Shown here piece after piece: positions 58,340-64,000 of a DNA stretch of 64,000 nucleotides. The notes beneath the pieces are model-generated. The model made no database searches and was not told the DNA's origin. It worked only from the letters and a program-made list of their open reading frames with translations. Numbering within the stretch: position 1 is the first letter of the stretch; the number at the start of each line of letters is the position of its first letter. Source of the DNA: Macrostomum lignano (Eukaryota); assembly GCA_002269645.1 (NCBI GenBank), contig NIVC01002110.1, forward strand, positions 1 to 64,000, written 5' to 3'. The translations under genes and the position numbers were made by a program.

Positions 58340-59760
58340 CACTGCCTCCTGACACCCACTGTCTCTCCTGACACCCCAACTGTCTCTCCTGACACCCCAA
58401 CTGTCTCTCCTGACACCCCACTGTCTCACCTGACACCCTAACTGTCTCTCCTGACATCCTACTGTCTCTCCTGACACCCCACTGTCTCACCTGACACCCT
58501 AACTGTCTCTCCTGACATCCTACTGTCTCTCCTGACACCCCACTGTCTCTCCTGACACCCCAACTGTCTCTCCTGACACTCCCAACTGTCTCTCCTGACA
58601 CCCCACTGTCTCTCCTGACACCCCACTGTCTCTCCTGACACCCCACTGTCTCCTGACACCCCACTGTCTCTCCTGACACTCCATTGTCTCTACTGACACT
58701 CTCCTGTCTCTCCTGACACCCCAACTGTCTCTTCTGACACCCCACTGTCTCACCTGACACCCTAACTGTCTCTCCTGACACCCCAACTGTCTCTCCTGAC
58801 ACCCCACTGTCTCACCTGACACCCCACTGTCTCACCTGACACCCTAACTGTCTCTCCTGACATCCTACTGTCTCTCCTGACACCCCACTGTCTCTCCTGA
58901 CACCCCAACTGTCTCTCCTGACACTCCTAACTGTCTCTCCTGACATCCTACTGTCTCTCCTGACACCCCACTGTCTCTCCTGACACCCCACTGTCTCCTG
59001 ACACCCCACTGTCTCTCCTGACACTCCATTGTCTCTACTGACACTCTCCTGTCTCTCCTGACACCCCACTGTCTCTCCTGACACCCACTGTCTCTCCTGA
59101 CACCCCAACTGTCTCTCCTGACACCCCAACTGTCTCTCCTGACACCCCACTGTCTCACCTGACACCCTAACTGTCTCTCCTGACATCCTACTGTCTCTCC
59201 TGACACCCCACTGTCTCTCCTGACACCCCAACTGTCTCTCCTGACACCCCAACTGTCTCTCCTGACACTCCCAACTGTCTCTCCTGACACCCCACTGTCT
59301 CTCCTGACACCCCACTGTCTCTCCTGACACCCCACTGTCTCCTGACACCCCACTGTCTCTCCTGACACTCCATTGTCTCTACTGACACTCTCCTGTCTCT
59401 CCTGACACCCCACTGTCTCTCCTGACACCCCACTGTCTCACCTGACACCCTAACTGTCTCTCCTGACATCCTACTGTCTCTCCTGACACCCCACTGTCTC
59501 TCCTGACACCCCAACTGTCTCTCCTGACACCCCAACTGTCTCTCCTGACACCCCACTGTCTCTCCTGACACTACTGTCTCTCCTGACACCCCACTGTCTC
59601 TCCTGACACTCCATTGTCTCTCCTGACACTACTGTCTCTCCTGACACCCCACTGTCTCTCCTGACACTCCATTGTCTCTCCTGACAGCCCAGTGTCTCTC
59701 CTGACGCCCCATTGTCTCTCCTGACACTTCATTGCCTCTCCTGACACCCCACTATCTCTC
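58340..59760. repeat. 20-22-bp minisatellite with about 345-bp higher-order period
   Basis: cccactgtctctcctgacac; rare variant ccattgtctctactgacac at 58681, 59026 and 59370. Confidence 0.95.
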
Positions 59761-60063
59761 CATTGACTAACACCTATTATCTCCCCGAGATCCAATTTTC
59801 CCATGAAGTCCCTGCAGACTTAAATTTTTAACGCGCTTAATAAGTAGTATGGAGTGTAAATTTAGCTGCAGAGAATGTTGTTTAAACTGCTGCCCACTTC
59901 TGATTGGCTAATCACTAACTGCTAGATAGAGAGAAAGGTATAACCATATAGCCTATAAGAACGGGTTCCAGAATAGAATTTAGCACAGCTACTAAAACAT
60001 TTACAATAGAATTTGAAGCTGGAAAAAAGGCAACCCATACTGTGCTGTGCCAAAGAGAATTCG

Positions 60064-60544
60064 ATGCGACGAAATCGCAAATTAGACAGACTTTGGCGCG
60101 TCTGGTACGCCCTGCTGGTGCTGCTGCTGCAGGCATTCCTGCTCTACGCAGCCGCCTGTCGCTATCTGGACTATCGGAGCCGGGCAATGAGAGAGCTGTG
60201 GCCGCAGGAGCCCATGAACTGCTATTTAGCGGCCATACTGACTGCCGGTTGCTTGACGACGCTGTTCGCCTATGCCGCCTTCGCCTCAACTGGCAACTAC
60301 GCCGACGATGGAGTGGCTCTGGGCCGGGATCGGGCGAGCCTGCGGATGGCCATGGCTGAGGCTGGCGTGGCCGCGCCGGCTTCTGTTGCTTCTTCTAGTA
60401 GCAGCGGCGGCAGCTGCGCTAGCAGGATGAGGCGCCACTTTCTGCCGCCAACCTGCGGCTTGCACCTGCTGATTGCGATGTGCCTGCTGGCTCCGCTGCC
60501 TGCTCTGGAGGCTCAAGCTGTGCTGCATGAGGAGGCGCCTAAAG
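60064..60544 (+). CDS. Tincar-like multi-pass membrane protein, first coding exon
   Basis: LWRVWYALLVLLLQ...STGNYADDGVALG...LHLLIAMCLLAP..LEAQ resembles the tincar N-terminus (recalled consensus LWS.WY...GNLANDG.KLG); ends AAG|GTATGA. Confidence 0.7.
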
Positions 60545-60589
60545 GTATGAGCTGGAATTTTTACTGAGGTGGATTTGGATTTGGAACTG

Positions 60590-61530
60590 AGGTGTCAGGA
60601 GAGGAACTGAGGTGTCAGAATCGGAACTGAGGTGTCAGGAGAGGAACTGAGGTGTCAGAATCGGAACTGAGGTGTCAGGAGAGCAACTGTGGTGTCAGGA
60701 GAGGAAGTGAGGTGTCAGAATCGGAACTGTGGTGTCAGGAGAGGAGGAGAGGTGTCAGAATCGGAACTGTGGTGTCAGGAGAGGAAGAGAGGTGTCAGAA
60801 TCGGAACTGTGGTGTCAGGAGAGGAAGTGATGGGTCAGAATCGGAACTGTGGTGTCAGGAGAGGATGAGAGGTGTCAGTGTATTGAGTGGGGTGTCAGGA
60901 GAGCAACTGTGGTGTCAGGAGAGGAAGTGAGGTGTCAGAATCAAAGCTTTGGTGTCAGCAGAGGAAGTGAGGTGTCAGAATCGGAACTGTGGTGTCAGGA
61001 GAGGAAGTGAGGTGTCAGAATCGAAACTGTGGTGTCAGAAGAGGAAATGAGGTGTCAGGGTATTGAGTGAGGTGTCAGGAGAGAAACTGTGGTGTCAGGA
61101 GAGGAAGTGAGGTGTCAGAATCGGAGTTTTGGTGTCAGGAGAGGAAGTGAGGTGTCAGGGTATTGAGTGAGGTGTCAGGAGAGAAACTGAGGTGTCAGGA
61201 GAGGAACTGAGGTGTCAGGAGAGAAAATATGGTGTCAGAAGAGAAAGTGAGGTGTCAGGAAAGGAAGTGAGGTGTCAGGAAAGGAAGTGTCAGGAAAGGA
61301 AGTGAGGTGTCAGGAGAGAAAATGAGGTGTCAGGAGAGGAAGTGAGGTGTCAGGAAAGGAAGGGAGGTGTCAGGAAAGGAAGTGAGGTGTCAGGAGAGGA
61401 AGTGAGGTGTCAGGAAAGGAAGTGAGGTGTCAGGAAAGGAAGTGAGGTGTCAGGAAAGGAAGTTAGGTGTCAGGAGAGGAAGTGAGGTGTCAGGAAAGGA
61501 AGTGAAGTGTCAGGAAAGGAAGTGAGGCGT
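60590..61530. repeat. 20/40-bp intronic minisatellite
   Basis: ggtgtcaggagaggaagtga / ggtgtcagaatcggaactgt. Confidence 0.95.
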
Positions 61531-62693
61531 CGGGATCTCGAATTGACAATTCCAGTGAACGCTATGTCAGTGTATTTTCGGTACTATGAAGTTTTACTGA
61601 TATCAGAAATAGTGCTTAAGGATAAGGATTTAGCTCTCTGCTAAAAGATTTAGAAAACAAAGAGCTTTCTCCCATAGGCCGGGGCACAAATTTAAAAGGG
61701 ATCATGCAGGGTAAAAAATACTGATCACAGAGCGGGAGCCACGCCCTTTAATGCTTTGTCCTCAGATGGCTCTATCGCATGTACCACTAGCTAGCAACAC
61801 AGGGGTGTAAATCCTTTGTGTTAAATGCTATGCAACTGAGCCATACAACTTCACATGCAATCGTGCTGTATGTCATTCATGTATATATGTATATGTATCG
61901 ATTAAAATCTGTTTGTTAAGTCTAAACCATACCATTCTCTTTCCTGTCTTTGCGTTGTAGTAATGATTTCATTCGAGTTTGGGAGGAGGGCAGCACACGG
62001 GGTGTTTTATTGTACGATAATACATGTGTAACGCGTAGGCTATGCCTGCTCTTTGTCCCTCGGCTCTGAGACCAAGGGGAGATCAAGAGATAAAACTTCA
62101 ACCTGGATCATTTCTAACTTTTTTATTGCTCTAAAAAGACACCTTTTTATGATGTCGGGTCTAAATTTTAATCCCACAGAAATGTAGGACTTGAAGCAGA
62201 TCAAGCACTCCATAGTCCTTGTTTCGCGATCTCCTTGATTCTGCACCCTTTTGCCCTGATCTGCTTGCGATATGCACGCGTATTGGGAAGATTATTGTCA
62301 TGCTTTAGGCTCTCCTACCCCATATTTAGTTTACCACAATTCCTTTGCTCCGCGGTTGCTTTATAATATAAAGGCCGTGTGCCGTGTCGTGTCCCAGTTT
62401 GCTGCTGTCTTGCTACCATCTGTCCTGCTCTGACACACGACCCCTGTGAGAGGGGTGAGCGCTTTGTTGGGTTATGCACATAAAGGACGCTACATTCGAG
62501 TTTCTTAGCAATGAGCCCAGAATGCATAGCGCTGAATGGGGTTTGGCCATAGACAAATTCAGTCGAGTAGAAAACCGATTTGTCTAAGTGAAGCATAGCT
62601 AAATGCCTCTCTAGGCATCCGGCTTATTTCTAATCAAATTGATTTTAGCGCGTGCTTCTGGTTCATTTGTCTATGGTATCACGTAGGTCAGAG

Positions 62694-63150
62694 CAGGGGT
62701 TGGCGAACTCCGGCCCGCAAAGCCTCTATCCGGCCTCGGGTCCTTTGAAACTTCACAATAGCAATCATCTCTCTCATCTCCCCTCTCTCCTCTCTCCCCT
62801 CCTCTCCCCTCTTTTCTCTTCTCTCTCATTCCCCTCTCTCCTCAATTCTTTCTCATCTTCCCTCTCTCCTCAATTCTTTCTCATCTTCCCTCTCTCCTCA
62901 ATTCTTTCTCATCTCCCCTCTCTCCTCTCCTCTTCTCCCTCATCCCCTTCTCTCCTCAATTCCTTTCCATCTCCCCTCTCTCCTCTTCTCTCTCATCTCA
63001 CCTCTCTCCTCCTCTCTCTCATCTCACCTCTCTCCTCCTCTCTCTCATCTCACCTCTCTCCTCTTCTCTCTCGTCTCCCTTCTCTCCTCTTCTCTCTCAT
63101 CTCTCTGGCCCGCAATATCTGGCCCTTAAGCTAAAGTTCGCCAACCCCTG
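62694..63150. mobile_element. hAT(Charlie)-like MITE with internal CT-rich expansion
   Basis: 15-bp TIR CAGGGGTTGGCGAAC, subterminal GGCCCG motifs; the 8-bp flanks do not match. Confidence 0.7.
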
Positions 63151-63779
63151 ATGTAGATAGATAGAGAGTCTGGTTTCAGCTATTAGATTAGATCCCCACG
63201 AGCGGTTAATGTCAAGGTTCGCTCGGGTTCTGCTTGACCTCACGCCCCCGATGCCTGCATGCCTTGCTGTCCTCATATTGTCCCATAAAAGCTCAGCAGA
63301 TCAGGGCAGGACATTTTTTAACCCTGCAGATCATAAAGACTGTCTCTTTTGCTTTGCTTATAGAGATCAGATGCAACCAACCCTCGGTTGAGCTGACTCC
63401 CCATGGCATCGTATTGAGTATCGTCTTATCGCTGTGATCTACTTTGCATTGCCCCTACCTGCATGCCTACCTGCCCGCCTGTCTTCGAGCGTTTCCGCCC
63501 TTTGTGGCCAGGCCATGCAAACATAAAATTGCTTGACCTATGAGCCTGATCTAGGAAGCTGGAGTCTCTCAATATCAGGCTATTCTCATCTCTACATCTA
63601 ACTACTTTACCTGGATTCGTCTTGCAGATTCTAAGTATGCTAGAAGAAAAAATACTGATCGATTATGCATACATAATTTCATTCTCAGATGCCTGCTGTA
63701 TCTCATAATTTTAATGTACACATTTATTTTGACTAATATATTTTGCCGTCAACTATTTTGTAGGCTGTCTAATTTGACT

Positions 63780-64000
63780 ACTCCGTTCTCTACTCTGTCT
63801 ACTTTGTCTACTTTGTCTACTCTGTCTACTTTGACTACTGAATTCTCTACTCTGTATTTTGACCATTCCGTTCTGTATTCTGTCTACCCTGTCTACTTTG
63901 TCTACTATGTCTACTTTGACTACTGCATTCTCTACTCTGTCTACTCTGTCTACTCTGTCTACTTTGACTACTCCCTTCTATCTACCATGTCTACTATGCC
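63780..64000. repeat. Short-period (about 9-bp) repeat
   Basis: gtctactct / gtctacttt. Confidence 0.85.

Overview
Eukaryotic (invertebrate metazoan-like) genomic DNA with GC-rich exons and introns largely filled by minisatellites; no prokaryotic features and no CRISPR. Left to right: (1) a minus-strand, multi-exon RIG-I-like receptor gene (probable tandem death-fold/CARD-like N-terminus plus DExD/H helicase), running off the left edge; (2) inside one of its introns, a very young full-length 10.1-kb Ty3/gypsy LTR retrotransposon (1863-12011). It has near-identical LTRs, a 4-bp TSD, a tRNA-Lys3 PBS and gag/pol with a candidate -1 frameshift site. It also has two unusual cargoes: about 35 copies of a 10-aa repeat between NC and protease, and an intronless DnaJ/J-domain ORF in the position normally held by env. 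That ORF is the best candidate for an undescribed system here; (3) a TE-rich interval with nested non-autonomous DNA transposons, tRNA-derived SINEs and a LINE fragment; (4) a CCAP/NPS/vasopressin-family GPCR; (5) head-to-head AKTIP and COG4; (6) the first coding exon of a tincar-like gene. Caveat: single-base indels cluster in about the first 25 kb and may be long-read errors. All protein assignments are from motif recognition by eye, not database searches.
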